Origin: Candidatus Omnitrophota bacterium | GTDB taxonomy: Bacteria; Omnitrophota; Gorgyraeia; Aquiviventales; Aquiviventaceae | Direction: 5' to 3' | Assembly (NCBI GenBank): GCA_023247215.1 | Contig: JAHFGX010000001.1 | Coordinates: forward strand, 36,880 to 100,879 | Length of the DNA stretch: 64,000 bases | Shown here: in pieces, positions 36,236 to 45,588 of the stretch | How positions within the stretch are numbered: position 1 is the first letter of the stretch | Layout of the letters: each line of letters begins with the position of its first letter | Made by a program: the position numbers and the translations under genes | The notes under the pieces: model-generated | What the model saw: the letters and a program-made list of their open reading frames with translations, nothing else | Database searches by the model: none | Told to the model about the DNA's origin: nothing

Positions 36236-37497
36236 CGCGCCGTCTGCGTGGCGTCTGGGGGGCGTGCGCCGTCGCGCTGCTGGCGCGCCTGTCGGCCTTC
36301 GTCCTCCTCGGCCGGTTCGCCCACCCGGATGTCTGCGAGAGCGAGATCATCGCCCTGAACCTGCTGCAGGGCAAAGGATTTATCTATCATTTCCTGGGGA
36401 CCGACTATCGCTCCTACATGGAGCCGCTCTATCCCGGTTTGTGCGCCGGGGTGTATGCTGTCACCGGGCACAGCGCCGTCGCCCTGGGGCTGGTGCAGAT
36501 CGCGCTGGGGACGGCGCTGGTGTGGCTCGTGTTCGCGTGCGCCCGTCGCCTGGCGTCTGATCGCGCCGCCGTCGTCGCCGCGTGGTTGACGGCCCTGCAC
36601 CCGGGGCTAATCCTCTACACGACGAAGTTTCACCCGCTGATCCTGGACACCGTGTGCATCACGCTGGTGGTGGCTGGTTGCCTGTGGTACGGCGAGCGGC
36701 CCCGCTGGCGATCCGTGGTGCGGCTCGGCGGGCTCCTGGGGTTGTGCGTGCTGACCCGTCCGACGATCGTGGCGGCCGTGCCGCTGATCGGTTGGTGGGT
36801 CTGGCGACGCTCCCCGCCCCGGCCCGGCCTTCGGGTCGGAGAGTTCCTGGTCATCGTGGGATGCGCCGCGGCGGTCGTGGCACCGTGGGTCTGGCGCAAC
36901 TACCACGTGCACCACCGGCTCATCTTGACGCGCAGCGGCACGAGCATGGTGTTCTGGATCGGCAACAACCCGTACCGGTTCACCGGGTCCGCCCTGACCC
37001 CGGAGGGAGACCCGGTCCTGATCAGCGTGGCGCCACCGGCAGTTCGCACGCAACTGCTGTCGCTGGATGAGCTGGGCCAGCAGGATCTCTTGCTGGCTCA
37101 GGCCCGGCAGTTCGTCCGGGAGCACCCGTGGGAATTCCTCAGGCGATGGGCGGTGAAGTGGGTCTATTTTTGGTGGTTCACCCCCCAAGCCGGATTGTTG
37201 TATCCGCCGCGGTGGATCCGAGCCTATCATGCCGTTTCCGCCCCGCTGCTCATCCTGCTCCTCATTGGGGCGTGGACCCTCTGGCATCCACAGCCCGGGA
37301 TGTGGAGGGATCGGCAAGCCGGGTGGCTGCTGGCGGCGCTGTGCGCCGCCATCGCGCTGCTTCAGAGCCTGTTCTATATTGAAGGGCGGCACCGCCTCGC
37401 CATCGAGCCGCTCCTCCTCATCTTCGTCAGCCAAGGGATTTGGCGGGTGTGGTCGGGTCAACGAGGTGCGGCCTCATGCCGGACGGGCACGGAATGA
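36226..37497 (+). CDS. GT-C membrane glycosyltransferase (ArnT/PMT-2-like)
   Basis: Multi-TM; EPLYP, LTRP, PWVWRNY, WIGNNP, RHRLAIEP. Confidence 0.75.
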   Translation: MDVTRRLRGVWGACAVALLARLSAFVLLGRFAHPDVCESEIIALNLLQGKGFIYHFLGTDYRSYMEPLYPGLCAGVYAVTGHSAVALGLVQIALGTALVWLVFACARRLASDRAAVVAAWLTALHPGLILYTTKFHPLILDTVCITLVVAGCLWYGERPRWRSVVRLGGLLGLCVLTRPTIVAAVPLIGWWVWRRSPPRPGLRVGEFLVIVGCAAAVVAPWVWRNYHVHHRLILTRSGTSMVFWIGNNPYRFTGSALTPEGDPVLISVAPPAVRTQLLSLDELGQQDLLLAQARQFVREHPWEFLRRWAVKWVYFWWFTPQAGLLYPPRWIRAYHAVSAPLLILLLIGAWTLWHPQPGMWRDRQAGWLLAALCAAIALLQSLFYIEGRHRLAIEPLLLIFVSQGIWRVWSGQRGAASCRTGTE

Positions 37498-38288
37498 GCG
37501 GCGACGTGGGACGCAAGCGGATCGGGGTGCTCGTCGTCGCCTACAATGCGTTCAACACGCTGGCGGCCACCCTGGACCGCGTGCCGCCGGCCCTGATGGA
37601 AAAAATCGAGGAGGTCTTTGTCTTTGACGACCATTCTGCGGATGACACCTATCGGGCCGCCCTCAAGTACAAGCAGCGCCGGGGACTCACGAAGCTGAGC
37701 GTGTTTTCCAACGAGCGGAACTTGCGCTACGGCGGCAATCAGAAGCGCGGGTACCGGTACGCCATCGAGCGCGGGTTCGACATCGTGGTGCTGCTGCACG
37801 GGGACGGACAATACGCGCCGGAGGTGATGCAGCAGCTCCTTGATCCGCTCGAGCAGGGCGAGGCGGAGTTGGTGATGGGCTCGCGGATGATGCCCGGCTG
37901 CCGGCCCCTGCGCGGGGGGATGCCGCTCTACAAGTTCGTCGGCAACAAAATCCTGACGACGTGGGAGAACCTGCTGCTGGGTACGCGGCTGCAGGAGTTT
38001 CACTCCGGCTATCGCGCCTACGACTGCCATGCGCTGGCGCGGGTGCCGTTCGAGCGGTGCTCGAATGAGTGGCATTTCGACACCGAAATCATCATCCAGT
38101 TCCTGGCCAAACAGTTTCGCGTCGTCGAGCGGCCGATCCCCACGTACTACGGGGATGAGATCTGCTACGTCAACGGGCTGGCGTATGCCTATCGCTGCAC
38201 CGAAGCGGTGGTGAAGTACCGCCTCCATCAGGCCGGTCTCCGGAACTGGAGCGTATTCGACGTGGAGGGACGCGGTGACGCCGTATAA
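37494..38288 (+). CDS. GT2 glycosyltransferase, polyprenol-phosphate sugar synthase-like
   Basis: VVAYN, FDDHSAD, YGGNQKRG, LHGDGQYAP, GSR, EFHSGYRAY, FDTEII. Confidence 0.88.
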   Translation: MSGDVGRKRIGVLVVAYNAFNTLAATLDRVPPALMEKIEEVFVFDDHSADDTYRAALKYKQRRGLTKLSVFSNERNLRYGGNQKRGYRYAIERGFDIVVLLHGDGQYAPEVMQQLLDPLEQGEAELVMGSRMMPGCRPLRGGMPLYKFVGNKILTTWENLLLGTRLQEFHSGYRAYDCHALARVPFERCSNEWHFDTEIIIQFLAKQFRVVERPIPTYYGDEICYVNGLAYAYRCTEAVVKYRLHQAGLRNWSVFDVEGRGDAV

Positions 38289-38961
38289 ATTCAAGAGCGG
38301 CCCGTGGAGCAGCCATGGGCAGATCCTGCGGCTGGCGGACGCCTGGCCGCGCACGTTCCGGATCTTGGAGGTGGGCACGGCCGAGGGCTACCTCGGCCTG
38401 GCGTTGCGCGCGCGGGGATTTGCGCAGGTGGTGGGCATCGAGCGGGATGCGCAGCTCGCCGCGGAGGCGCAGCCGCACTACGCGCGCCACGTCGCGGCGG
38501 ACGCGGAGCGCGACGGGACGCTGGAAGCGTTGGGGACGTTTGACGCGGTGATCCTGGCCGATGTTCTCGAGCACTTACGGGAGCCGCAGGTCCATCTGCA
38601 GCGCGTCGGCCGGGTCGTGCGCTCCGGCGGGCACGTCGTCGTCTCGCTGCCCAATGCGGTCCACTGGACGATGCGCTTGATGGTCCTGTTCGGCCGTTTC
38701 GACTATGCGCCATGCGGCCTCATGGACGCGGGCCACGTGCGGTTTTTCACCCGCCGGACGGCGACGCAGCTCCTTGAGGCTTCGGGGTTTCGCGTCCGCC
38801 GCGTGTTGGTGACCCCGCTGCCATTCGAGCGGGCGGCCGGCGGACGGCTGCCGGGGTGGGTCGTGCGCCCGCTGGAGTGGGGGTACTACGCCGTCAGCCG
38901 CTGCTGGAGCACGCTGCTGGCCTACCAGTTCATCTTCCTGGCGCAGCGCCAGGATTCCTGA
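38275..38961 (+). CDS. Class I SAM-dependent methyltransferase
   Basis: ILEVGTAEG, FDAVILADVLEHL, SLPN, GHVRFFT. Confidence 0.88.
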   Translation: MTPYKFKSGPWSSHGQILRLADAWPRTFRILEVGTAEGYLGLALRARGFAQVVGIERDAQLAAEAQPHYARHVAADAERDGTLEALGTFDAVILADVLEHLREPQVHLQRVGRVVRSGGHVVVSLPNAVHWTMRLMVLFGRFDYAPCGLMDAGHVRFFTRRTATQLLEASGFRVRRVLVTPLPFERAAGGRLPGWVVRPLEWGYYAVSRCWSTLLAYQFIFLAQRQDS

Positions 38962-38968
38962 CGAGCTC

Positions 38969-40150
38969 ATGCCCTCCAGACGCCTGACGCCTCACCCGGC
39001 TCTTCGCGCGTGTCTGCCTGTGACGGTGCTTGCGGTCACCGCCGTGAAGCTCGCGCTGGCCGCCCGCTGGGGATGGACGCAGGACATTCCCGGTACGCAA
39101 ATTGAAGCTGAGGGGTTCCTGGCCTCCTGGCGCGGAGCCGGCGGACACCCCACCGTGTTCCCGTTGGGATACTACGCGCTGTCGTGCGGCGCCCTGCTGC
39201 TGTCGCAGTGGACCGGCGCGCCCTTTGCATGTTGGATCAAGGTCCCTGCCATCCTGTCCGATGCGGTCATCGCGTTGGTCCTCCGGAAGGTGCGGGGCGG
39301 GGGAGACCGGGCCGCCGCGCTCTATCTGCTCAATCCGGTGACGATGCTGCTTTCCGTGTACCACGGTCAGTTGCACACGGCGGCCACCGCGGCGGCGGTC
39401 ATGGCGCTGTGGGCGGCGGAGCGCGGGCAGTGGGGATGGACGGGCGTGGCCCTCGGCGCGGCCGTCAGCATCCGCCAGCACTTCGGGTTGTTGTTGCTGC
39501 CGCTGCTCTGCCGGCGGCAGGGGCGCGTCCGTCTGGCGGCGGCGTTCGCCGCGACGGTGGCGCTGACGGTCTTACCGCTGTCGGCCCGTTACCCGGCGGG
39601 CCGTTTGGCCAGCCCGGTCTGGGTGTTTGGAGCCTGGGGATACGGCATGTTGTTGCTGCAAGGGCCGCGGTTGTTGGCGCAGCTGGGCGGTCCGGATGTG
39701 ACCGCGATGGCGGCTGGACTGATCCAAACGCTGCAGGCACACGGCCCCAAGCTCTATTGGCTGTGGGCCGCCGCGTTTGCCGCATGGACCTGGCGCGCAC
39801 GCGCACGCCTGCAGACCGCTTCCTCCTCCTGGCGCGCCGCGCTGCTGTGGTTGGTGGGGCTGTACGCCATGAGCCCCGGCTTCGGCGTGCAATGGCTGGT
39901 GTGGGCGTTGCCGTGTTGGCTGATCGTGGATCGCCCGCAGGCGTGGCGCTACAGCCTGCTGGCCGGGCTCTTCTTAGCCGGCTCCTATTGGCAATGGACC
40001 CTGCCAGGCGCATACGGAGTGGACTCCATTACCGCGAACCTGGGCCGGCTCCGCCCGGCGGACCTGCTGGGCGTGTGCGCCGTCGGGATCATCGGGTTGG
40101 CGACGTGGTGGATGAGCGTGCGCACCGCCTGGCGGCTGCTGCGCTCATGA
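38969..40150 (+). CDS. GT-C-type integral membrane protein (mannosyltransferase/GT87-like)
   Basis: Multi-TM; IKVPAILSD, YLLNP...HGQ, QWLVWALP. Confidence 0.6.
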   Translation: MPSRRLTPHPALRACLPVTVLAVTAVKLALAARWGWTQDIPGTQIEAEGFLASWRGAGGHPTVFPLGYYALSCGALLLSQWTGAPFACWIKVPAILSDAVIALVLRKVRGGGDRAAALYLLNPVTMLLSVYHGQLHTAATAAAVMALWAAERGQWGWTGVALGAAVSIRQHFGLLLLPLLCRRQGRVRLAAAFAATVALTVLPLSARYPAGRLASPVWVFGAWGYGMLLLQGPRLLAQLGGPDVTAMAAGLIQTLQAHGPKLYWLWAAAFAAWTWRARARLQTASSSWRAALLWLVGLYAMSPGFGVQWLVWALPCWLIVDRPQAWRYSLLAGLFLAGSYWQWTLPGAYGVDSITANLGRLRPADLLGVCAVGIIGLATWWMSVRTAWRLLRS

Positions 40151-41406
40151 CGCTGAAGCCCGGGACGAAGATCGCGGCGGATCTTCCCATGAAGATCGTG
40201 CGGGTGGTGACGCGCATGAACATCGGCGGGCCGGCGCGCCACGTCGCCATCCTGACCAATGAGCTGGATCCCGCCCAGTTTCGCACCTGCCTCGTCATGG
40301 GCACGGCGGACCCGGGGGAAGGCGAGCTCAGTGGATTGGTCGAAGGGCGCCATGCCCGCGTCATCCGGCTGCCCGGCTTGCGGCGATCGCTGCGGCCGTG
40401 GCAGGACCTCCTGACGCTGGTCCGGCTGCTGAAGATTGTCTGGCGGGAGCGCCCCCAGGTGCTGCACACGCATATGGCGAAGGCCGGGGTCTTGGGCCGG
40501 GTCGCGGCGTGGGCGTATAACCATCTGGGACCGGGGCGGGCGCCGGGCCGGCGCGTCACCGTGCTGCACACGTTTCACGGCCACGTGCTGGAGGGGTACT
40601 TTTCCCCCGCGTCCAACCGGTTCTTTATCGGGGTCGAGCGGCGGCTGGCCCGCATCAGCGACCGGCTCATCGCCGTCAGCCCGGCGGTGCGGCACGAGTT
40701 GCTGGCGCTGGGCATCGGCCGGGAAGCCCAGTGGCGGGTGGTTCCGCTGGGCTTGCACCTCGAAGCGTTTGCGGCCCTGGCCTTGCCCGTGCCGGGCGAG
40801 ACGGTCCGGTTCGGCCTCGTCGGGCGGCTGGTGCCCATCAAAGACCCGGAGCTGTTTGTGGAGGGGTTGCGGCGGGCGTGGGCTCAGCGGCCCAGCGCGA
40901 GTGAAGGGGTGGTGGTGGGGGACGGACCGCTGCGCGGCGCGGTGGAAGCGCAGATTGCGGCGCAGGGACTGGCGGACGTGGTGCGGTGCATCGGCTGGCA
41001 GCATGAGCTGCCGGCCGTGTATGCCGGGCTGGACGTCGTCTGCGTGACCTCGAGGAATGAGGGCACCCCGGTGGCGTTGATCGAAGCGATGGCGGCGGGC
41101 CGGGCCGTGATCGGCACCGCCGTCGGCGGCGTGCCGGATCTACTGGAGGACGCGCCGGGCCCGATCCCCAGCGGCGGGGTCCGCGTCACCGGCCGCGGCG
41201 TGCTGGTGAACGCCGGGGATGCAGACGGCGTCGCCGGCGCCATGCTGCTGCTGGCGTCGGATCCGGCCTTGCGGGAGCGGTTGGGACGCGCGGCCCGGGC
41301 GCACGTGCTGGAACGCTACAGCCACGAGCGGCTGGTGCGGGACCTGGCGGGGCTCTACCGGGAGCTGCTCGGCGACGATGGTTCTGCGCCGCGCTGCATG
41401 GTATAA
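40147..41406 (+). CDS. GT4 family glycosyltransferase
   Basis: RMNIGGPARH, HTFHGH, GRLVPIK, SRNEGTPVALIEAMAAG; start inferred at coupled ATG 40147. Confidence 0.92.
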   Translation: MTLKPGTKIAADLPMKIVRVVTRMNIGGPARHVAILTNELDPAQFRTCLVMGTADPGEGELSGLVEGRHARVIRLPGLRRSLRPWQDLLTLVRLLKIVWRERPQVLHTHMAKAGVLGRVAAWAYNHLGPGRAPGRRVTVLHTFHGHVLEGYFSPASNRFFIGVERRLARISDRLIAVSPAVRHELLALGIGREAQWRVVPLGLHLEAFAALALPVPGETVRFGLVGRLVPIKDPELFVEGLRRAWAQRPSASEGVVVGDGPLRGAVEAQIAAQGLADVVRCIGWQHELPAVYAGLDVVCVTSRNEGTPVALIEAMAAGRAVIGTAVGGVPDLLEDAPGPIPSGGVRVTGRGVLVNAGDADGVAGAMLLLASDPALRERLGRAARAHVLERYSHERLVRDLAGLYRELLGDDGSAPRCMV

Positions 41407-41407
41407 T
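41399..41407 (+). promoter_or_regulatory. Extended -10 promoter (TGnTATAAT)
   Basis: TGGTATAAT at the end of the GT4 gene, ahead of an intergenic gap and the epimerase/wecA/waaL block. Confidence 0.6.
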
Positions 41408-41473
41408 GACGCGCTATTTTTCGGCGGGAATTGCGGAGCTATCGTGATGCCGGATTCACCACGGTCGGAGCCA

Positions 41474-42496
41474 ATGCGCGTCTTAGTCACCGGCGGGGCG
41501 GGGTTCATCGGATCCCATTTAGCCGAGGTGTTGGTCAAGCGCGGGGACGCGGTGACGGTCCTGGACAACTTCTCCACCGGCCGCTATGCCAACATCGCGC
41601 CGCTGGACGGCCATCCGCGCTTTCAATTGGTCACCGGATCCATCCTGAACGAGTTCCTCGTGGATAAGCTGGTCGAACGCTCGGATGTGGTGTTCCACCT
41701 GGCGGCGGCGGTCGGGGTGGAGCTGATCATCAAGAAGCCGCTCGAGTCGCTGATGACGAACATCCGGGGCAGCGAGGTCGTGCTGGAAATGGCACACCGC
41801 TACCGCAAGAAAGTCCTCGTCGCCTCCACCTCGGAAATTTACGGGAAGAACATCAACGGCCCGCTGCGGGAAGATATGGATCGAGTGCTGGGCTCCCCCC
41901 TGAAAAGCCGCTGGAGCTACTCCACCTCGAAGGCGGTCGACGAAATCCTGGCGTACGTCTATTGGAAGGAAAAAGGCGTTCCGACGATCATCGTCCGGCT
42001 GTTCAACACGGTGGGCCCCCGCCAAAGCGGGGCCTATGGCATGGTCATCCCGCGGTTTGTCGGCCAAGCGCTGCGGGGCGAGCCGCTGGCCGTCCATGGC
42101 ACGGGGAAGCAGACGCGCTGTTTCCTGCATGTGGCGGATGCCGTCACTGCGTTGGTTCGGCTGATCGAACATCCCAAGGCGGTCGGAGACGTCTTCAACA
42201 TCGGCAGCCAGGAGGAGGTCACGATTGAGGATGTGGCGCGGCGCGTCATCCGGCTGACCGGCAGCAGCTCCCGCATCGAGCCGATCCCGTATGAGCAGGC
42301 CTACGAGGAAGGATTTGAAGACATGCAGCGCCGCGTGCCGGATATCGGCAAGATCGCGGCGCTGATCGGATTCCGTCCCTCCATGGCCTTGGACCAGATC
42401 ATCGCCAGCGTCGTGGACAGCGTGCGGTCTTCCGTCGTCGGGGGGATGACGAGTCCTCCGGCGCTCGCAGCCCAGAGCGTTCCGCGCGCGTCGTAG
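41474..42496 (+). CDS. NDP-sugar epimerase/dehydratase (UDP-glucose 4-epimerase or UDP-glucuronate decarboxylase-like)
   Basis: VTGGAGFIG, STSEIYG, YSTSK, RLFNTVGPRQ; GGAG RBS. Confidence 0.9.
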   Translation: MRVLVTGGAGFIGSHLAEVLVKRGDAVTVLDNFSTGRYANIAPLDGHPRFQLVTGSILNEFLVDKLVERSDVVFHLAAAVGVELIIKKPLESLMTNIRGSEVVLEMAHRYRKKVLVASTSEIYGKNINGPLREDMDRVLGSPLKSRWSYSTSKAVDEILAYVYWKEKGVPTIIVRLFNTVGPRQSGAYGMVIPRFVGQALRGEPLAVHGTGKQTRCFLHVADAVTALVRLIEHPKAVGDVFNIGSQEEVTIEDVARRVIRLTGSSSRIEPIPYEQAYEEGFEDMQRRVPDIGKIAALIGFRPSMALDQIIASVVDSVRSSVVGGMTSPPALAAQSVPRAS

Positions 42497-42502
42497 TTGC
42501 GG

Positions 42503-44320
42503 ATGCTAGCCGGCCTCTTGTCGCCCCTCCATCTCGCCGTGGTGGCTGGTGTCACCGCGTTCGCGATCACTTTCTGCGCCACCCCGATCATCCGCATCCT
42601 GGCCGTCCGCCGCGGGTGGAGCACTCGTTCGGCCGAAGACCGATGGGGCCGCCGGGTCGTCGCGCGCTTCGGCGGGATCGCGATCTTCGCCGGCTACATG
42701 GCGGCCGCCTTCCTCTGGGTGCCGCTGGAGCCTCGGGTCGTTGGGATCCTGATCGGCCTGGCCCTCGTCGTGGTGGTCGGCATCGCGGATGATATGCGAC
42801 GCATGCCGCCCTATACCAAACTGCTCTTGCAATTGCTGGTCGGCTGCGCCGTGGTGGGTCTGGGGGTCCGGATTCATGTCGAGACCTGGACCTGGGAGTC
42901 GGTGCCGCTGTCGGTCCTCTGGTTCGTGCTGGTGATGAACGCGTTCAATCTCTTGGACAACATGGACGGGTTGGCGGCCGGGGTCGCCGCCATCGCCGCG
43001 GGGTTCTGCGCGTTCCACGCGATCGTCGCGCAGCAGTGGACGCTCGTCGCGTTGGCGGCGATCCTGGGGGGCGCCTGCGTCGGGTTCCTGCAGTTCAATT
43101 TTCCTCCGGCGAAAATCTACATGGGGGACACCGGCAGCCATTTTCTGGGATTGGGGTTGGCCACCTTAATGCCGCTCAGCAGTTGGCATTATCCGGCCCC
43201 GCTCATCGGCATCCTGGCCGTCCCGGTCCTGGTGCTGGCGGTTCCGATTTTCGACACCTGCTTCGTGACGATCCAGCGCTTGCTACATCGCCAGCACCCG
43301 TTTGTGGGCGGCACCGACCATGTCTCCCACCGGCTGGCCATCCTGGGGCTCAGCACGCGGCAAACCGTGATGGCGCTCTACGGCATCAGCATCAGCGTCG
43401 GGCTGGTCAGCGTCCTGTCCGCTTCGATGAGGCCGCTCAGCGCCTTGGCCCTCTGGTGCGTGGTGGTGACGGTGCTCATCGCGTTCGGCCGGTACTTGGG
43501 CCGGGTGAATGTCTATCAACTGGAATCGGTCGCGACTGCCGCCGGGCCGATGCCCGCCCAGCCGGTCACGCGGATCGAAACGCTCCTGCTGCACAAGCGC
43601 CGCCTGCTCGAGGTGCTGATCGACTTCATCATCATCTGCGGGGCGTACCTCAGTGCCCACCTGCTGCGGTTCGATGGAGTCTTAAGCGCCCACATCCAGG
43701 GATTGCTGATCCGCTCGCTTCCCATTATCCTCGTCATCAAGATCGCCTGTTTTTTGGCCTCCGGCCTGTACCGGCGCGAGTGGCACCGCCCCGACCTGTC
43801 CGACGTGGTGGTGGTCCTCAAAGCGGTGACGTTTGGGGCGACACTCTCCTCCATCGCCCTGCTGTACCTCTGGCGGTTTGAGGGCTATTCGCGCGCCGTC
43901 CTACTGATCGATTGGATGATCTGCCTCCTCGCGGTGGGCGGGTCCCGGATGGCGGAACGGCTGTTTGACGAATGGATCGGCTCGGCGTCGGCGCAGGGGA
44001 CCCCGGTGCTCATCGTCGGGGCAGGGCAGACCGGGGAGCGCGTGCTGCGCTACCTGAAGGACATCCGCCACTCCGGCCGGCGGGTGGCGGCGTTTCTCGA
44101 CGACGATCCGCGCAAGATCGGGCTGCAGATCCACGGCGTCCGGGTGGTAGGGACGCGCCGGCGTCTGCCGGAGCTCTTGGCGGAACTTGAGATCGGCGAA
44201 GTGCTCATTGCCATCACGGACCCTCCGGCAGAGCTCCTGCGCGACGTCCAGGAATCGTGCCGTGCGCGCGGCGTCCGGTGGAATATCGTGGCGGCCGTCA
44301 TGACCGGATCGGTCGGTTGA
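42503..44320 (+). CDS. WecA/MraY-family undecaprenyl-phosphate sugar-1-phosphate transferase fused to a CapD-N-like TM plus Rossmann domain
   Basis: GIADD, NAFNLLDNMDGL, NFPPAKIYMGDTGS, DHVSHRL; then GLYRR, VLIVGAGQTG, FLDDDPRK. Confidence 0.88.
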   Translation: MLAGLLSPLHLAVVAGVTAFAITFCATPIIRILAVRRGWSTRSAEDRWGRRVVARFGGIAIFAGYMAAAFLWVPLEPRVVGILIGLALVVVVGIADDMRRMPPYTKLLLQLLVGCAVVGLGVRIHVETWTWESVPLSVLWFVLVMNAFNLLDNMDGLAAGVAAIAAGFCAFHAIVAQQWTLVALAAILGGACVGFLQFNFPPAKIYMGDTGSHFLGLGLATLMPLSSWHYPAPLIGILAVPVLVLAVPIFDTCFVTIQRLLHRQHPFVGGTDHVSHRLAILGLSTRQTVMALYGISISVGLVSVLSASMRPLSALALWCVVVTVLIAFGRYLGRVNVYQLESVATAAGPMPAQPVTRIETLLLHKRRLLEVLIDFIIICGAYLSAHLLRFDGVLSAHIQGLLIRSLPIILVIKIACFLASGLYRREWHRPDLSDVVVVLKAVTFGATLSSIALLYLWRFEGYSRAVLLIDWMICLLAVGGSRMAERLFDEWIGSASAQGTPVLIVGAGQTGERVLRYLKDIRHSGRRVAAFLDDDPRKIGLQIHGVRVVGTRRRLPELLAELEIGEVLIAITDPPAELLRDVQESCRARGVRWNIVAAVMTGSVG

Positions 44321-45576
44321 TGTGGAGCCTGCTGGCCGAATGGCTGCAGGTGGGCGGGTTCGGCCTGCTGTTGCTGCTGCTCCCGTTTTCCAATGCCGTG
44401 GTGGAGATCAGCTTCGGGTTGATCCTGATCGGATGGCTGATGGCCCGGCTGCATCCGGCAACAGGGCAGGACACGGTGTGGAGGCAGCCGACGTTGCGGC
44501 CGCTGCTGTGGGCTATGGCGATCTTCTGGCTGGTGTGCGCGGCGTCCATTACCGTCAGCCCGCATCCGGAGCTGGGCGTGCGGGCGCTGTTCGGGAAGTG
44601 GGGGGAGTACCTGCTGCTGACGATACTGGCCGCGGAGATGAGCCGCCGTCCCCGCCTGGTCGAGCAGGGGCTGAAGGTTCTCGCGTTCAGCGCTGCGCTG
44701 GTGGTGTTCGAAGGGGTCACGCAGGAGCGGTTCGAATACGGCTTCTTCCGCAATTATCGGTGGGATCACTTCCACCGCATGACCGGACCGTACCGCAACC
44801 CCATTGATCTGGCGACCTACTTGATGGTGATCATTCCGATTCTGGCGGCGTGGGCGTGGTTGGATCGCCACAAGACGCGGTGGCGTAACTGGCTCCTCGT
44901 CCTGGCGCTGTTTCTCTGTTTCTTGCGCACCCAAGCTGTCGGAGCGTGGCTGGGCATCATCGCCAGTTTAGGATTCTTTGCGTGGCGGAACCGCCGTTTC
45001 CGCCGTCTGATTCTCGCGGCCATGGGAGTGATGGCTCTCGCCGGCGGACTCTATCTCGGCTACGTCGGGCGGCTGGGCGGGGTGGTGACGCTGACGGAGA
45101 TCGGCAAGCAGGACCGCCTGGCCATGTGGCAATCCGCCATCCACATGATTCAGGACCGCCCGGTGCTGGGGCATGGCTTGAACACATTTATGGCCAATTA
45201 TCTACACTACCGGATCGGGGGGGAGCGCCAGCCGCGCTACGCCCACAACTGTTATTTACAGATGGCGGCGGAGACCGGCCTGATCGGGCTGGCGGCGTTT
45301 CTCGGCATGCTGTGGCTGTTGTTTCATCGGTGCCTCCGCAGTCTGCAGGAGGCGTCTGACGCCGCGCGGTGGGCCTTCCTATTCGCTCTGCTGGTTGGGT
45401 TGGTCGGGTTTGTCGTGCAGGCCGGGGGGGATACGAATTTTTACTCGCTTCGCCAATCCGCCTTGTTTTGGACGATGGCTGGTTTCGCGCTGGGTCTGGG
45501 GTTCCAACCGGCGGTGTCATCGTCCCGCCGGCCGCCCAGCGTGGCGGCGAAACGGCCGCCGGCTTTCACGAACTAG
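44320..45576 (+). CDS. waaL: O-antigen ligase family protein
   Basis: Multi-TM; RMTGPYRNP, RLAMW...PVLGHG, YAHNCYLQMAAETGLIG. Confidence 0.85.
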   Translation: MWSLLAEWLQVGGFGLLLLLLPFSNAVVEISFGLILIGWLMARLHPATGQDTVWRQPTLRPLLWAMAIFWLVCAASITVSPHPELGVRALFGKWGEYLLLTILAAEMSRRPRLVEQGLKVLAFSAALVVFEGVTQERFEYGFFRNYRWDHFHRMTGPYRNPIDLATYLMVIIPILAAWAWLDRHKTRWRNWLLVLALFLCFLRTQAVGAWLGIIASLGFFAWRNRRFRRLILAAMGVMALAGGLYLGYVGRLGGVVTLTEIGKQDRLAMWQSAIHMIQDRPVLGHGLNTFMANYLHYRIGGERQPRYAHNCYLQMAAETGLIGLAAFLGMLWLLFHRCLRSLQEASDAARWAFLFALLVGLVGFVVQAGGDTNFYSLRQSALFWTMAGFALGLGFQPAVSSSRRPPSVAAKRPPAFTN

Positions 45577-45588
45577 CTCGTGTCAGAC

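Noticed and set aside
39184-40146. N-terminal extension of the 740-aa ORF (apparent fusion to GT4)
   Set aside because: Off-frame shadow of the membrane protein at 38969-40150; GT4 homology starts after the coupled ATG at 40147
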